Below, in pieces: positions 1-11,187 of a stretch of DNA of 64,000 bases. The DNA is taken from positions 5,654-69,653 of the forward strand of contig JAJRXZ010000090.1 in NCBI GenBank assembly GCA_024276015.1. Direction: 5' to 3'. A program made the position numbers and the translations under genes. This DNA comes from Spirochaetota bacterium (GTDB lineage: Bacteria > Spirochaetota > UBA4802 > UBA5550). The notes under the pieces were generated by a model that saw nothing but the letters and a program-made list of their open reading frames with translations, ran no database searches and had not been told where the DNA came from. How positions within the stretch are numbered: position 1 is the first letter of the stretch; every line of letters begins with the position of its first letter.

Positions 1-33
1 CGCTGTCGAATCGGCATAGTCAATCGGAACGGA

Positions 34-381
34 ATGACCCTATTTCTTAATGTTGAAATTGCAGATACGCCGGAAAAAAGAATGCGGGGACTTATGTTCA
101 GAAGATATCTACCCCAAAATAGCGGTATGCTCTTTATTTTCAGCAGCGAAGATTATCGGAATTTCTGGATGAAGAATACTTATATTCCGCTCAGTATTGC
201 TTATATCGGTTCTGACAGGATAATTAATGAGATCTATCAAATGAAACCGCTTGACATTTCAGTTACATATCCTTCAAAATTACCTGCCAGATATTCTCTT
301 GAAGTTAACAGAGGCTGGTTCGGAAAAAATAATATATCTGCAGGCGGTATTATAAAGTTCAATGGATGCTTCGGTAAATAG
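34..381 (+). CDS. DUF192 domain-containing protein
   Basis: 115-aa ORF with a DUF192/COG1430-like pattern (KRMRGLMFR, GMLFIF, FWMKNTYIPLSIAY). Its end overlaps the hflX start by 20 nt. Confidence 0.7.
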   Translation: MTLFLNVEIADTPEKRMRGLMFRRYLPQNSGMLFIFSSEDYRNFWMKNTYIPLSIAYIGSDRIINEIYQMKPLDISVTYPSKLPARYSLEVNRGWFGKNNISAGGIIKFNGCFGK

Positions 382-1504
382 AATCCCTTCATCCCGGGAC
401 GAACGTTCACTCTTAATATCTATTAAAATGCACAATTCGGATAAAAGTGAAAAAGAGTATTCACTCGAGGAATTAAAGTTTCTGGTAAAGACTGCGGGCG
501 GTATAATAGTTGATTCAATGATAATTCAGAGAGATAAGATTGATCCCGCATACATTGTTGGAAAGGGTTACATTGAGAAAATCAGTGAAATAATAAATAA
601 TAAAAAGATCAGGCTTGTGGTTTTTGATATGAATAATATCAGACCCGCCCAGATAAGAAATCTTGAGGATATTTTTAAGTGCAGAGTAGTGGGAAGGAAC
701 GAGGTGATAATTGATATTTTTGCAAGAAGGGCAAAGAGCGCAGAAGCGAAGGTTCAGGTGGAACTTGCCCAGTTGAAATATATACTGCCCAGATTAAAGG
801 GGCTGGGGGGCGTATTGTCAAGGCTGGGCGGAGGCATCGGAACAAGAGGCCCCGGAGAAAAAATGCTTGAAACAGACAGACGGCACATAGCAAGGAGAAT
901 AGTTAAGCTGAAAAAGCAGTTAAAAAAATTCGAATCAAACAGAAGCAGAACCAGAAAGTCCCGAAGCGGTGAACTTCTCGGAGCTGTTGTAGGTTATACC
1001 AATGCCGGTAAGTCTACGCTCATCAATAATCTTGCCAAAGATGATCTCTTTGTCGAGAACAGACTCTTTGCCACACTGGATTCCTATACAAGAAGAGTTT
1101 TTCTGGGAGACAATAAATTTACTCTTCTTACCGATACAGTGGGTTTTATTACAAATCTTCCTGCAAACCTGATCGAATCATTCAGATCCACATTAGAGGA
1201 TATCGCCAACTCCGATTATATTATTCATGTTATTGATATCAACGCTGAGAACATGGTCAATAATATACTTACCGTTGAAAAGGAACTCAACTCACTTCAG
1301 TGTCTCAATAAGCCTGTAATACGGTTTTTTAATAAATCGGATGCAGGCAGCGGAAAAATTATTAACCTGACCTCAATAAAATATCCGGGTTCAATTATCG
1401 GGTCCGCTTTAAAAGGTGATGGAATAGATACGCTTAAAAAGAGATTGGTTGAGATCTATGATACTTCAGAGAAGATGAGAAGCAAAAGAGCCGTAGTTCA
1501 ATAA
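362..1504 (+). CDS. hflX: GTPase HflX
   Basis: 380-aa ORF. HflX N-terminal domain, then GTPase motifs G1 GYTNAGKST and G3 DTVGF. Length is typical for HflX. Confidence 0.9.
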   Translation: MDASVNRIPSSRDERSLLISIKMHNSDKSEKEYSLEELKFLVKTAGGIIVDSMIIQRDKIDPAYIVGKGYIEKISEIINNKKIRLVVFDMNNIRPAQIRNLEDIFKCRVVGRNEVIIDIFARRAKSAEAKVQVELAQLKYILPRLKGLGGVLSRLGGGIGTRGPGEKMLETDRRHIARRIVKLKKQLKKFESNRSRTRKSRSGELLGAVVGYTNAGKSTLINNLAKDDLFVENRLFATLDSYTRRVFLGDNKFTLLTDTVGFITNLPANLIESFRSTLEDIANSDYIIHVIDINAENMVNNILTVEKELNSLQCLNKPVIRFFNKSDAGSGKIINLTSIKYPGSIIGSALKGDGIDTLKKRLVEIYDTSEKMRSKRAVVQ

Positions 1505-1655
1505 TTTTATTCCGCGCTGAAATTATCTTGATAAATTGGGGTATTCAATAATTTTTGAATAAATTATTCTTGTTTTTTACTCTGGTGATTTAATAATTGA
1601 ATTTGTCATTTCAATTAATAATCTTTCTTTAAAACAACTTGTAAGGTGTAACAAA

Positions 1656-4361
1656 ATGATAGATAAAACACTGGGCCTCATTTTCGGTACAAAACATGAA
1701 AGGGACATTAAGAAACTGAAACCTTATGTTGGCAGAATAAACGCTCTTGAACCGGAGATGAAAAAACTCACCGACAGTGAAATGAAAAATAAAACTTCCC
1801 GGTTCCGCCAGCGGCTTGACAGGGGGGAAAAACTTGACGACATTCTTGTGGAAGCTTTTGCTCTTGTTAGGGAAGCATCCGTCAGAACCCTGGGTATGAG
1901 ACATTTTGACGTGCAGTTAATAGGCGGAATTGTTCTCCATCAAGGGAAGATCGCTGAGATGAAGACCGGTGAAGGGAAAACTCTTACTGCTGTTTTGGCG
2001 CTCTATTTAAACGCTCTTGAGGGGAAAGGCGCCCATCTTGTTACAGTAAACGATTATCTTGCCAGAAGGGATGCCCAGTGGATGGGCCCCATATACAATT
2101 TTCTCGGTTTAACGGTAGGATCAATACAGCATAATCTGGGGCCGCAGGAGAGGCAGGACGCATATAACTGCGATATTACGTATGGTACCAATAACGAGTT
2201 CGGTTTTGATTATCTTCGGGATAATATGGTAGAGCATAAAAGCCTTCGTGTGCAGGAATTGCTTAACTTTTGTATTGTTGACGAAGTGGATTCAATCCTT
2301 ATAGACGAAGCAAGAACGCCTCTGATCATATCCGGTTCAACCGAAGAATCGACAAAAAAATATTTTCTTATAAATAAAATAATACCGAGCCTTAAAGAGA
2401 ATGTGGATTTTGAGGTGAATGAGAAGGATAAAAATGTAACTCTGACGGAAGATGGAGTTAAGCATGTTGAAAAACTCTTAAAGATCGATAATATGTACGA
2501 CAACAAACATATTGATACGGTACACCATGTGAATCAGGCATTAAAGGCTCATACGCTTTTCAAAAGGGATATCGATTATATTGTAAAGGACGGAGAAGTA
2601 GTAATTGTTGACGAGTTTACAGGCAGGCTTATGCCCGGTCGAAGATTTTCCGACGGTCTCCATCAGGCTCTGGAGGCAAAGGAGAATGTAACCATTGCTC
2701 GCGAGAGCCAGACCCTTGCAACCATCACTTTTCAGAATTTTTTCAGGATGTATAATAAACTTGCCGGGATGACCGGTACCGCAGATACGGAAGCTGTTGA
2801 ATTTAAGAAGATATATAATCTTGATGTTGTAGTTGTACCAACCAACAAACCGATGATAAGGAAGGATTATCCCGATAAAGTTTACCGTACCGAAAAGGAA
2901 AAGTATAACGCCATAGTAGATGAGATTGTCGAATTGAGCGGTAAAGGCCAGCCTATACTTGTAGGCACAATTTCAATTGAGAAATCCGAAACTTTATCCA
3001 AGCACCTTAAATCAAAGGGAATTATACATAATGTTCTCAACGCCAAATACCATGAAAAGGAAGCCCAGATAATTGCCGAAGCCGGAAGGCCGGGTTCCGT
3101 AACTATTGCAACGAACATGGCAGGAAGAGGAACAGATATTGTTCTGGGAGGCAAGAAAAGCTATGTTGACGAGCTTGAGTCTCATGTCCCGGTTCATGAC
3201 GCTGATCTATGGGAAAAATTCAGGTTAAGTGTTCTGAAAAATGAATTCGAAGAAGCTGAAAAGCTGTCCCAAAATATGACAGGTCAGGATAAGCACAGAG
3301 CTGTCAGTATAGTCAGAGGCGGCAGAGAATGGCTTGAAAATCATATAAAAGTTGTCAATGCCGGGGGACTCCACATACTCGGCACTGAAAGGCATGAGGC
3401 AAGGCGTATAGACAATCAGCTCAGAGGAAGATCGGGAAGGCAGGGAGATCCCGGATCGTCAAGATTTTATCTGTCACTTGAAGACGATCTGATGAGGCTT
3501 TTTGCATCTGAAAGGATTTCCTCAATAATGCAGAGGCTGGGCATGGAGGAAGGCCAGGAAATTGAGAGCCCCATGGTATCAAAGGCAATTGCAAGCGCTC
3601 AAAAAAGAGTTGAAGGCAGAAACTTTGAAATAAGAAAACATCTTCTCGAATACGACGATGTAATGAATTCTCAGAGGGAGTTTATATATGAGGAGAGGAA
3701 CGAAATTCTTGAAGGCGAGGATATATCCGGTAAAATAAACGATTATATAGTTGACGTGGTTAATGCGGAGCTTGAACACTTTACAGCCGGCGGGAGTCAT
3801 CCGGAAGAGTGGAATCTTGAAGGAATGAAGAATTGGCTCAGGAGCCGTTTTTTGATCGATATTGATCTTGAGGAGATCAATCCCTTTAAATTGACATATC
3901 ATGAGTTCACAGAAGCTTTGATCGAAAAATTCAAATCGGAGTATTCTAAAAAAGAAGAGATCACGGGCCCCGAGGATATGAGAGTCCTTGAAAGAATTAT
4001 ATCTCTTCAGGTGATTGACAATAAATGGCGGGAACACCTTCTCAATATGGATCAGCTTCGTGACGGTATTTGGACTGTGGGATACGGAGAAAAAAATCCT
4101 CTCGTTGAATACAAAATTGAGGGTTACAAGCTTTTCAGCGATATGATGAATTCCCTGAAGGAGGATATTCTCGAATATATGATGAAAGTGCAGGTTGAAA
4201 AAGTAGTGGAAGATATTGAGTATGAGTACAGAGAATTCGGGGATGAATTCCATGCCGAATTTGAACAATTCGGGCAGGGAGGCATTCCGATAGCCGAATC
4301 CGGCCCTAAAAGGAGACCGGGGTCAAAGGAGAAAAAGGATCATTCACCTACAACAGGCTGA
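1656..4361 (+). CDS. secA: preprotein translocase ATPase SecA
   Basis: 901-aa ORF. SecA N-terminus [16 protein letters not shown], Walker [28 protein letters not shown] block. SD AAGGTG lies 7 nt upstream. Confidence 0.97.
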   Translation: MIDKTLGLIFGTKHERDIKKLKPYVGRINALEPEMKKLTDSEMKNKTSRFRQRLDRGEKLDDILVEAFALVREASVRTLGMRHFDVQLIGGIVLHQGKIAEMKTGEGKTLTAVLALYLNALEGKGAHLVTVNDYLARRDAQWMGPIYNFLGLTVGSIQHNLGPQERQDAYNCDITYGTNNEFGFDYLRDNMVEHKSLRVQELLNFCIVDEVDSILIDEARTPLIISGSTEESTKKYFLINKIIPSLKENVDFEVNEKDKNVTLTEDGVKHVEKLLKIDNMYDNKHIDTVHHVNQALKAHTLFKRDIDYIVKDGEVVIVDEFTGRLMPGRRFSDGLHQALEAKENVTIARESQTLATITFQNFFRMYNKLAGMTGTADTEAVEFKKIYNLDVVVVPTNKPMIRKDYPDKVYRTEKEKYNAIVDEIVELSGKGQPILVGTISIEKSETLSKHLKSKGIIHNVLNAKYHEKEAQIIAEAGRPGSVTIATNMAGRGTDIVLGGKKSYVDELESHVPVHDADLWEKFRLSVLKNEFEEAEKLSQNMTGQDKHRAVSIVRGGREWLENHIKVVNAGGLHILGTERHEARRIDNQLRGRSGRQGDPGSSRFYLSLEDDLMRLFASERISSIMQRLGMEEGQEIESPMVSKAIASAQKRVEGRNFEIRKHLLEYDDVMNSQREFIYEERNEILEGEDISGKINDYIVDVVNAELEHFTAGGSHPEEWNLEGMKNWLRSRFLIDIDLEEINPFKLTYHEFTEALIEKFKSEYSKKEEITGPEDMRVLERIISLQVIDNKWREHLLNMDQLRDGIWTVGYGEKNPLVEYKIEGYKLFSDMMNSLKEDILEYMMKVQVEKVVEDIEYEYREFGDEFHAEFEQFGQGGIPIAESGPKRRPGSKEKKDHSPTTG

Positions 4362-4402
4362 GTAAAAAGAAAGAAAACCAGAAGGAGCAGAAGAAGATAA
4401 TT

Positions 4403-5773
4403 ATGGCATCAACACTTATGATGAGTGTTTCCGGAATACGCGGTATTGTCGGAGATACGCTTACACCCGATTTAATATTAAAAACCGGCGCTGCATTCGC
4501 AAAATTCTGCAGCAGAGGCACGATCATTCTTGGAAGAGACAGCAGACCCACCGGAGATGCCATAGCAAGAGGTATGGCATCGGCATTGTCGCTTTGCGGC
4601 TGCGATGTCGTTGATATAGGGATCGTGCCTACGCCTACGGTTCAGATAATGGTTGAGGAGCTGAAAGCGTCTGGAGGTATTGTGATCTCCGCTTCGCACA
4701 ATCCCATACAGTGGAACGCGTTTAAGTTGATCAATAAAAGCGGTACATTTCTGAATTCTTCTGAGATTGATACTTTTTTCAAATTAATGGATTCCGATTT
4801 TAAGTATATGAAGTGGGACAAAGTCGGCTTAATTACAAATGATCCGGAGGCCGAAAATATTCACATTGATAAGGTGCTTGAAATTGTTGCGGTTAACAAG
4901 ATCAAAAGAAAAAAATTCAAAGTTGTCCTTGACTCGGTTAACGGCGCAGGTTCCCGTATAACTCAGAGACTGCTGGAAAAGCTCGGATGCAGCGTAATTC
5001 CGGTTTATTGTAGTTTCGACGGATGTTTTCCGAGAGGGGCAGAACCTCTGCCGGAAAATCTTGCAGGTCTTTCTGAAGCGGTTAAGAAGAACGGCGCCCA
5101 TATAGGTTTTGCACAGGACCCCGATGCTGACAGACTCGCAATTGTTGACGAGAAGGGACAGCCCATAGGAGAGGAATATACGCTGGCTCTTGTTACGGAA
5201 CATCTTTTATCCAAAAAGAAGGGAAGGGTTGTTACCAATCTTTCAACAACAAAAGCTATTGATGTTATTGCTTTAAAGCACGGCGTTAATGTGAAACGCA
5301 CAAAAGTAGGAGAGATCAATGTTGTTGATGAGATGAGACAGAAGGAAACCAGAATCGGCGGCGAGGGAAACGGCGGTATTATTTCACCTGAGGTTCATCT
5401 CGGGAGAGACAGCCTTGTTGGTATAGCTTATATTCTTGAAATGATGCTTGAAAGAGACGAAACCTTATCGGAAATAGTGGCGGCTTTGCCTCAATACGTA
5501 ATGAAAAAAGGGAAAGTAAAGATTAAAGGCGGCAATCTTAACAGTAATTTTCTCGATGATATTGTAAAGGAATATCACTGTGAAAAAATAACGCAAACCG
5601 ATGGATTGAGGATCGATTTCATAACAGAAAGCGACTTTAAAGGCGGATGGGTCCATCTGAGACCTTCAAACACGGAACCCATATTTCGGATTATTGCCGA
5701 AGGAAGAGATAAAAAACACGCTGAGAAGATCTATAGTCACTTCTCCGGTATGTTTAAACAGATCATTTTATGA
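4403..5773 (+). CDS. alpha-D-phosphohexomutase family protein (phosphoglucosamine/phosphomannomutase-like)
   Basis: 456-aa ORF. Active-site serine loop SASHNP and metal loop DPDADR. Substrate specificity cannot be decided from sequence alone. Confidence 0.85.
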   Translation: MASTLMMSVSGIRGIVGDTLTPDLILKTGAAFAKFCSRGTIILGRDSRPTGDAIARGMASALSLCGCDVVDIGIVPTPTVQIMVEELKASGGIVISASHNPIQWNAFKLINKSGTFLNSSEIDTFFKLMDSDFKYMKWDKVGLITNDPEAENIHIDKVLEIVAVNKIKRKKFKVVLDSVNGAGSRITQRLLEKLGCSVIPVYCSFDGCFPRGAEPLPENLAGLSEAVKKNGAHIGFAQDPDADRLAIVDEKGQPIGEEYTLALVTEHLLSKKKGRVVTNLSTTKAIDVIALKHGVNVKRTKVGEINVVDEMRQKETRIGGEGNGGIISPEVHLGRDSLVGIAYILEMMLERDETLSEIVAALPQYVMKKGKVKIKGGNLNSNFLDDIVKEYHCEKITQTDGLRIDFITESDFKGGWVHLRPSNTEPIFRIIAEGRDKKHAEKIYSHFSGMFKQIIL

Positions 5774-6713
5774 AATCGAGAACCCAGCGAATTATACCGA
5801 TCAAGAGGAGTATAAAACCTTCCACTCTTGACAGTACCCATCCGGTACGAAGAAAAATTATTACAAGGGTAACCATTCCGGTAAGGAGCAGAAGCGAGCT
5901 GTAGGCGCCGGGGTTGATTGACATAGGGTTCAGCGTTCCTGCAAGTCCCAGAACTCCCAGAATATTAAAAAGGTCGCTTCCTATGAGATTGCCTGCGGAC
6001 ATGCCGTGCTTGCCCTTTATTGCTGCTGCAAGAGATGTTGCCATTTCCGGAGCTGATGTGCCTGCGGCTACAATCGTAACTCCTATCACCCATTCGGAAA
6101 TTCCCGCTGTTCTTGCAAGAAAGCTTGCAGATCCTACCAGAAAGTGTCCCCCTGCAATAACAACGATAATACTGACGGGAAGGATCACAAAATCTTTAAA
6201 GGTTGCCTTTTGATGGTCCAGCTCTTCTTCTTCGAGAGGTTCTTTTTTATAAAAGAGAAAGATCAGGTATGCTGCAAGAATAGACATAAGTATAATCCCT
6301 TCATATCTTGCAAGATGATAATCGCTGAAAAAGTAGAGAAGCAGAAGAGTAACGGAGATCATGAATATCCCGTCTCGGTAAACCAGTTTTCTTGTGGCTT
6401 TAATGCTTTTTATTATGGCTACGGTTCCAAGAATGAACCCCAGGTTAAATATATTGGAACCCACAATGTTGCCGACCGAAATATCGGCCTGTTTATGGAT
6501 AGCCGCGTTTACGGTTACTGCAAATTCGGGAGCGGATGTACCGAATGCCACTACTGTAAGCCCTATCACAAGTTCCGATATTCCAAAGGTCTCTGCAATG
6601 CGGCTGGCGGATTCCACAAGGCTGTCCGCCCCTTTCCAGAGAAATAAAACTGAGATGATCAGAATTAGCCCGTTAAATGCAAGGTTTAAAGATGGTGATT
6701 CAAAGAATGTCAT
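5763..6713 (-). CDS. Ca2+/Na+ antiporter, CaCA (YrbG) family
   Basis: 316-aa polytopic membrane ORF with the two alpha-repeat motifs GTSAPEF and GTSAPEM plus GSNIFN/GSDLFN. Confidence 0.85.
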   Translation of the reverse strand: MTFFESPSLNLAFNGLILIISVLFLWKGADSLVESASRIAETFGISELVIGLTVVAFGTSAPEFAVTVNAAIHKQADISVGNIVGSNIFNLGFILGTVAIIKSIKATRKLVYRDGIFMISVTLLLLYFFSDYHLARYEGIILMSILAAYLIFLFYKKEPLEEEELDHQKATFKDFVILPVSIIVVIAGGHFLVGSASFLARTAGISEWVIGVTIVAAGTSAPEMATSLAAAIKGKHGMSAGNLIGSDLFNILGVLGLAGTLNPMSINPGAYSSLLLLTGMVTLVIIFLRTGWVLSRVEGFILLLIGIIRWVLDFIK

Positions 6714-6920
6714 ATATTCCCCGGATTAAATTAAATATTGAGCCGGATACAGCAGCAGATCAAACATATTGGATCCATTCCGCGTGCCCATCATTGAGAC
6801 TATATTGAAAGATGACAAGTTATTTTTAATATAACGTTAAATCGGGAACTCTTTTTTATGCTGAATATGGAGATGCCTTAAAGCAGGGCAAACACCATTT
6901 TTAATTGTTAACTAAACCGA

Positions 6921-7442
6921 TTACCAGGCAATAGTTACCTGCCATGCAGGGCTTGCCGCAACTAATACTTCGTTGGCATAGCCCAGAATAAACCACTCGT
7001 ATGTAACAGAACCTCCGGGGTTAAAATATGACGAGGTGTCAAAAGTTCCGCTGGTAATGGCATATAGACCCTTTACATTGGTAGAACTGGTACCCATTGT
7101 ATATGATGTGGAATTCCCGGCAGCCAATTGAGACGCATTGAGATCAACTCTGTTGTCGGTTATAACCTGAGAAGAACATCCGGTGCCTTCACATAAAAAG
7201 ATTATCATATCAGTTACATTGTCCGGAGCTTTGTATTGAAACTGATCGGTTGAGGCAGAATTTCCGGATACTGAAGATTGGTCTAAAGGGGACTGCAATG
7301 TAATCTTAGATAAACCGGAGATTACCGGGTTCTGCGGCGGAGGAACGGCTTCGTCTGCTGAACTGCAATGCTGAAACAGGAGTGTAAAAAATAATAATAT
7401 AAATAGTACTATTGTATCAGTATACTTAATTTTCAGATCCAT
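6921..7442 (-). CDS. secreted/lipoprotein-like hypothetical protein
   Basis: ORF-track entry is 6921..7487. I prefer the ATG at 7442, which has AAGGAG 6 nt upstream and yields a signal peptide (MDLKIKYTDTIVLFILLFFTLLFQHCSS). No recognisable family. Sits 10 nt downstream of the PEGA gene. Confidence 0.45.
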   Translation of the reverse strand: MDLKIKYTDTIVLFILLFFTLLFQHCSSADEAVPPPQNPVISGLSKITLQSPLDQSSVSGNSASTDQFQYKAPDNVTDMIIFLCEGTGCSSQVITDNRVDLNASQLAAGNSTSYTMGTSSTNVKGLYAITSGTFDTSSYFNPGGSVTYEWFILGYANEVLVAASPAWQVTIAW

Positions 7443-7452
7443 AAAAATCTCC

Positions 7453-8778
7453 TTAAAAGTCAAAGTAATATTTGGCGCCTCCGCCAATCATAAAGTAGTT
7501 AAGATGGAATTCTTTGGTATCAATAACTTCAGGGTCTCCCTGTAGTCCCGCAGGCACCCCGTATAAGTCTCTCTTAACTTTTTGCGGATGGTAATAATAT
7601 CTGATATCGGCATATATGGATATTCTGGAATAGGGCATCAGAACAAGCCCTGCAGTTATTCCCAGCGCCCATAGATTATATTGTTTCAGGTTTTCGACAT
7701 TATCCTTAAACCATCCGTCATTATAATTACCCGATGGATTAATTCTGTTATCTGACAATCTGGTGAAACCTACAATCCCGCCGATATATGGCTGCAAATA
7801 TTTTGCCCCGGGCATCAGTTTATATTTTAGATGCCCGTGCAGATTGATCAAATTATAAAATCTTTCCTGAGTCGCTGTTCCCAGTAAACCGAGACTGACT
7901 TCTTCTTCATATTCCATTGTAGTGAAACCCAGCTCTAATGATAGAGTTAATCTGTCAAAGGACTGGCCTGCAAATGCATAATAATAAACAGATTTTTTTA
8001 ACTCGGAATTCATGGGGAAGAAATATGCAGCTCCGATCCCGGTTTCCGCTCTGCTAAGGAATTTCTGTTCTGCCAGGTATGGCCTCAGTCTTTTATGCTT
8101 TCCCGCGGCAACCGAGATTGTAGTCTCGTAATCGATATATCCGTCTTTTGATACTTTTATATTATGTTTGCCTTCAATTACTTTATATTCGACCACAGGA
8201 GATCTGCCCGCAAGAACTCCGTCAATATAAACGCTGCATCCGGATGGAGTGGTGGAAACCGATATTTTGCCCACTCCGAGGCCCGAAATTACTGCGCCCA
8301 TTGCTCTGGCGCTCTGATTTGCGCGTTCGAAAATATTTCCCGAATTCCCTTTTACAACTTTTCCGCTGAGAAGTTTTCCTGTTGTGGAGTTTACGGCTTT
8401 TATCGTTACTATGATATTACTGCTTCTTCCGGAAATGGATCCGAGAATCAAGACATCTGCTCTGGATACTTTCCCGGCCCTTTCAATATCATCGCTGTCA
8501 ACAATTCCGGACTGCCGGAGCGCTATTTCGTCAATAATTTTACCGAGCTGAGCTCTTTCGACAACCTTGATGCCTTTAACCTCAGCCAGAGTGGAGGATA
8601 TTGATTCGGGAATCGATTTTGCAAGATACTTGATGCTCCTGTTCCCATAGTTGGCAAAGTTCATTACTGCAACTACCGTTTTTTTGTTCCTTTTGCCGCG
8701 TCTTCCTCTCTGAGCCATTGATGAAACGGAAATCGCGGTAATCAAAACTGCCAAGAGCGTGATATATATTTTTCTCAT
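7453..8778 (-). CDS. PEGA domain-containing outer-membrane-associated protein
   Basis: Track ORF is 7453..8811. The ATG at 8778 has GGAGG 5 nt upstream and gives a signal peptide. An N-terminal LpoB/CsgG/FlgO-like region (VVAVMNFANYG ... VLILGSI) is followed by a PEGA domain (ISVSTTPSGCSVYIDG ... KDGY). The C-terminal part is aromatic-rich and beta-barrel-like, ending in F. Confidence 0.6.
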   Translation of the reverse strand: MRKIYITLLAVLITAISVSSMAQRGRRGKRNKKTVVAVMNFANYGNRSIKYLAKSIPESISSTLAEVKGIKVVERAQLGKIIDEIALRQSGIVDSDDIERAGKVSRADVLILGSISGRSSNIIVTIKAVNSTTGKLLSGKVVKGNSGNIFERANQSARAMGAVISGLGVGKISVSTTPSGCSVYIDGVLAGRSPVVEYKVIEGKHNIKVSKDGYIDYETTISVAAGKHKRLRPYLAEQKFLSRAETGIGAAYFFPMNSELKKSVYYYAFAGQSFDRLTLSLELGFTTMEYEEEVSLGLLGTATQERFYNLINLHGHLKYKLMPGAKYLQPYIGGIVGFTRLSDNRINPSGNYNDGWFKDNVENLKQYNLWALGITAGLVLMPYSRISIYADIRYYYHPQKVKRDLYGVPAGLQGDPEVIDTKEFHLNYFMIGGGAKYYFDF

Positions 8779-9020
8779 ATAACCTCCGGAGATCATGTTG
8801 TATCGGCGCAATTCATTTTAAATTAGGTTATTATAATCCTTGAATAGTGTCAATAAAATTACTTGCCGGATCAAGGGGCATGTCTCTGATAATTGTCCCT
8901 TAAAATACAAATATCAAAAAAATAGATAATCAATATTAAAAAAAATAATAATTGACTTACCCGAGGCTGCTTTATTAATATGTCCGAAAATCTGACATAT
9001 TAATATCAAGGAGCTTAAGA

Positions 9021-10187
9021 ATGGATAAATCTATCGAACCTTTATTTAACGACGAATATACGGGAGAGCCTCCTACAAAGAGACTTCTTGCCTTTATTCA
9101 GGGAGAGCGCGAGAAGGGGAAAAACGTTGTGGGGATGTATTGCAGTTATGCGCCTTCGGAAATAATACATGCTTTCGGAATGGTCCCGGCAGTATTATGC
9201 GCTTTTTCAAACGGGACAATAAAGATCGCAGAAGAAACTCTGCCTGCGAATTTATGCCCTTTGATCAAATCCAGTTACGGATTTATTGTTTCAGATACAT
9301 GCCCTTTCTTTTCATTGTCGGATATAATTATAGGAGAGACCACATGTGACGGCAAGAAGAAAATGTTTGAGCTAATATCCGAGAAAAAACCTTTGCACGT
9401 TATGGATCTTCCTCAATTACCCGATGAAAAAGAAGCAGTGTTGAACTGGGCTTTGATGATAAGAAAAATGAAAAATTATTTTCAAGATATGTTAAAAAAA
9501 GAGATCTCAGATGAGGAGATCGAAAAGGCCATAAAAGATACTAACCGTAAAAATACCCTTATGGGAAAGATCTTTGATTATGCGGCAATGAGTCCTCCGG
9601 TTATAAGCTGGGCCGAACAGTATGATATTATCGCATTAGCCCAATCAGCAGCCGGAGAAGATATTTATCCGAAGCTGGAAGATATTATTGCCAAACTGGA
9701 AAATCGAGTTGAAAGCGGTTATTGTTACGGCAGAGAAGGGGCTCCGCGTGTTCTGGTTACGGGCTGCCCGATCGGAGGGGATGCAGCCAAGATATATAAA
9801 ATAATTGAAGATGCAGGCGGTGTGGTTGTTGCCCTTGATTCCTGTATGGGCATGAAGATGTTTAGAAATAATGCTGAAGAAGAGAGTGATGACCCTATTG
9901 TCTCAATATCAAAAAAATACCTGAAGATACCCTGTTCCTGTATGACGCCAAATAAAAGAAGAATTGAAGAACTGGATAACTTTATTGAAAAATTTAAGCC
10001 GGATATGATTGTTGATTTTGTATTGCAGGCCTGTCATTCATACAATATTGAATCACATAAAATAGGCCGGCATGTAAGGGATAAATATGATATTCAATTC
10101 TTAAAAATAGTTTCAGATTATTCGGAGAGCGACATTGAGCAGATACGTACCAGAGTTGAAGCTACAATGGAAAAAATTAATGCTTAA
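9021..10187 (+). CDS. 2-hydroxyacyl-CoA dehydratase / BcrC-BadD-HgdB family protein
   Basis: 388-aa ORF with AAGGAG SD 7 nt upstream. Its conserved-cysteine layout and overall pattern resemble the BcrC/BadD/HgdB family. No activase gene is adjacent. Confidence 0.6.
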   Translation: MDKSIEPLFNDEYTGEPPTKRLLAFIQGEREKGKNVVGMYCSYAPSEIIHAFGMVPAVLCAFSNGTIKIAEETLPANLCPLIKSSYGFIVSDTCPFFSLSDIIIGETTCDGKKKMFELISEKKPLHVMDLPQLPDEKEAVLNWALMIRKMKNYFQDMLKKEISDEEIEKAIKDTNRKNTLMGKIFDYAAMSPPVISWAEQYDIIALAQSAAGEDIYPKLEDIIAKLENRVESGYCYGREGAPRVLVTGCPIGGDAAKIYKIIEDAGGVVVALDSCMGMKMFRNNAEEESDDPIVSISKKYLKIPCSCMTPNKRRIEELDNFIEKFKPDMIVDFVLQACHSYNIESHKIGRHVRDKYDIQFLKIVSDYSESDIEQIRTRVEATMEKINA

Positions 10188-10249
10188 GCCGCTGTTTTGG
10201 CATTTTTTAAGGGAAAAATTAATAAAAATGTCAATATTTTAATAAAGTA

Positions 10250-10278
10250 TTGACATTAAATAGAAGATAATATATATT
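10250..10278 (+). promoter_or_regulatory. sigma70-type promoter of the cold-shock gene
   Basis: TTGACA (10250-10255), a 17-nt spacer, then TATATT (10273-10278). It leaves a ~125-nt 5' UTR, typical of csp genes. Confidence 0.55.
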
Positions 10279-10408
10279 GTTAACAAGAGTTTTAGCATTA
10301 TAAATTCTTCTATAGTCTTACCCAATTTATTCTAGGTAATCTTCGTAGTAGTATTTTAGCTAAACCAAAGGAACATTGTTCCATAATTAAATAACAGGAG
10401 ACAGTACT

Positions 10409-10609
10409 ATGACACAAGGTACAGTTAAATGGTTTAACGACCATAAAGGATTCGGATTCATTACATCTAATGATGGGAATGATTATTTTGTACATCATTC
10501 AAGCATAACCGGCGACGGTTTTAAAACGCTTGCAGAAGGTGCAGAAGTTCAATTTGAAATTGAGAAAGGTGAAAAAGGCCCCAGGGCCGTAAATGTTTCA
10601 GTTATATAA
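10409..10609 (+). CDS. cold-shock protein, CspA family
   Basis: 66-aa ORF with RNP1-like KGFGFI and RNP2-like YFVHHS. AGGAG SD upstream. Confidence 0.95.
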   Translation: MTQGTVKWFNDHKGFGFITSNDGNDYFVHHSSITGDGFKTLAEGAEVQFEIEKGEKGPRAVNVSVI

Positions 10610-10630
10610 GTAAATTTCAAATCCGAAAAG

Positions 10631-10664
10631 AAGCCCGGCCCTTAGAAAGGGCCGGGCTTTTCTA
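10631..10664. terminator. rho-independent terminator, probably bidirectional (csp / nfeD)
   Basis: AAGCCCGGCCC-ttagaaa-GGGCCGGGCTT followed by TTTCT on the plus strand. The reverse complement is followed by CTTTTCGG. It lies between convergent genes. Confidence 0.8.
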
Positions 10665-10720
10665 TTAATTAACATGTTATATTCCCCCCCCTGTAGAAAA
10701 AGTAAATGATCCTGTCAAAG

Positions 10721-11146
10721 TTATTCTGAGGATCTATCAGCCTGAACTACTATTAATTTAAGTCCGGTTCTTCCAACGACAATAACCTTCTCCCCTTTAT
10801 TGATGAAGGGATAATTTTCCGCTGTTTCGGCTTTCCATAGTTCGCCTCCGATATGAATATAGCCTGCAGGATCAAGAGGTTCATTTGTAATTCCTTCTTT
10901 TCCGATCATTGTATGCACAGTCCCCTTCTCATCATTGCAGTAGTAAATCCATAAAAAAGGAAATAAAAGAGCATCCTTAATAATCCATAAGAGTATTACT
11001 GTCCATTTAACGAAATCGGTAATTGAGAAAGAATACTGTAAATACTGCATAGCAATAAATATCAATAATAATTCGGGCAGCTGAAATAGTATATATCTTA
11101 TTATAGTCCTGAATGATATGCCGGTTCTGTATTTTTTTGTATGCAA
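10721..11146 (-). CDS. NfeD family membrane protein
   Basis: 141-aa ORF with N-terminal TM helices and a C-terminal NfeD OB-fold pattern (GYIHIGGELWKA ... GEKVIVVGRTGLKLIV). Confidence 0.7.
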   Translation of the reverse strand: MHTKKYRTGISFRTIIRYILFQLPELLLIFIAMQYLQYSFSITDFVKWTVILLWIIKDALLFPFLWIYYCNDEKGTVHTMIGKEGITNEPLDPAGYIHIGGELWKAETAENYPFINKGEKVIVVGRTGLKLIVVQADRSSE

Positions 11147-11187
11147 TTTTCGGTAGATATCTGTTTTATAAAATATATCAGCCCCTT

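Noticed and set aside
3579-4268. Long antisense or overlapping ORFs in the track: 3579..4268 inside secA, 26967..27458 opposite thiS/thiE, 6144..6647 and 6394..6729 opposite the CaCA gene, 31210..31581, and others.
   Set aside because: Each lies entirely within a strongly supported gene on the other strand. They have low-complexity or hydrophobic nonsense-like composition and no SD or family signal. They are typical shadow ORFs.
6755-6830. Possible fifth, degenerate copy of the repeat (GATCAAACATATTGGATCCATT ... CATCATTGA).
   Set aside because: Only short patches match, and one of them is in inverted orientation. The similarity is too weak to call without a statistical alignment.
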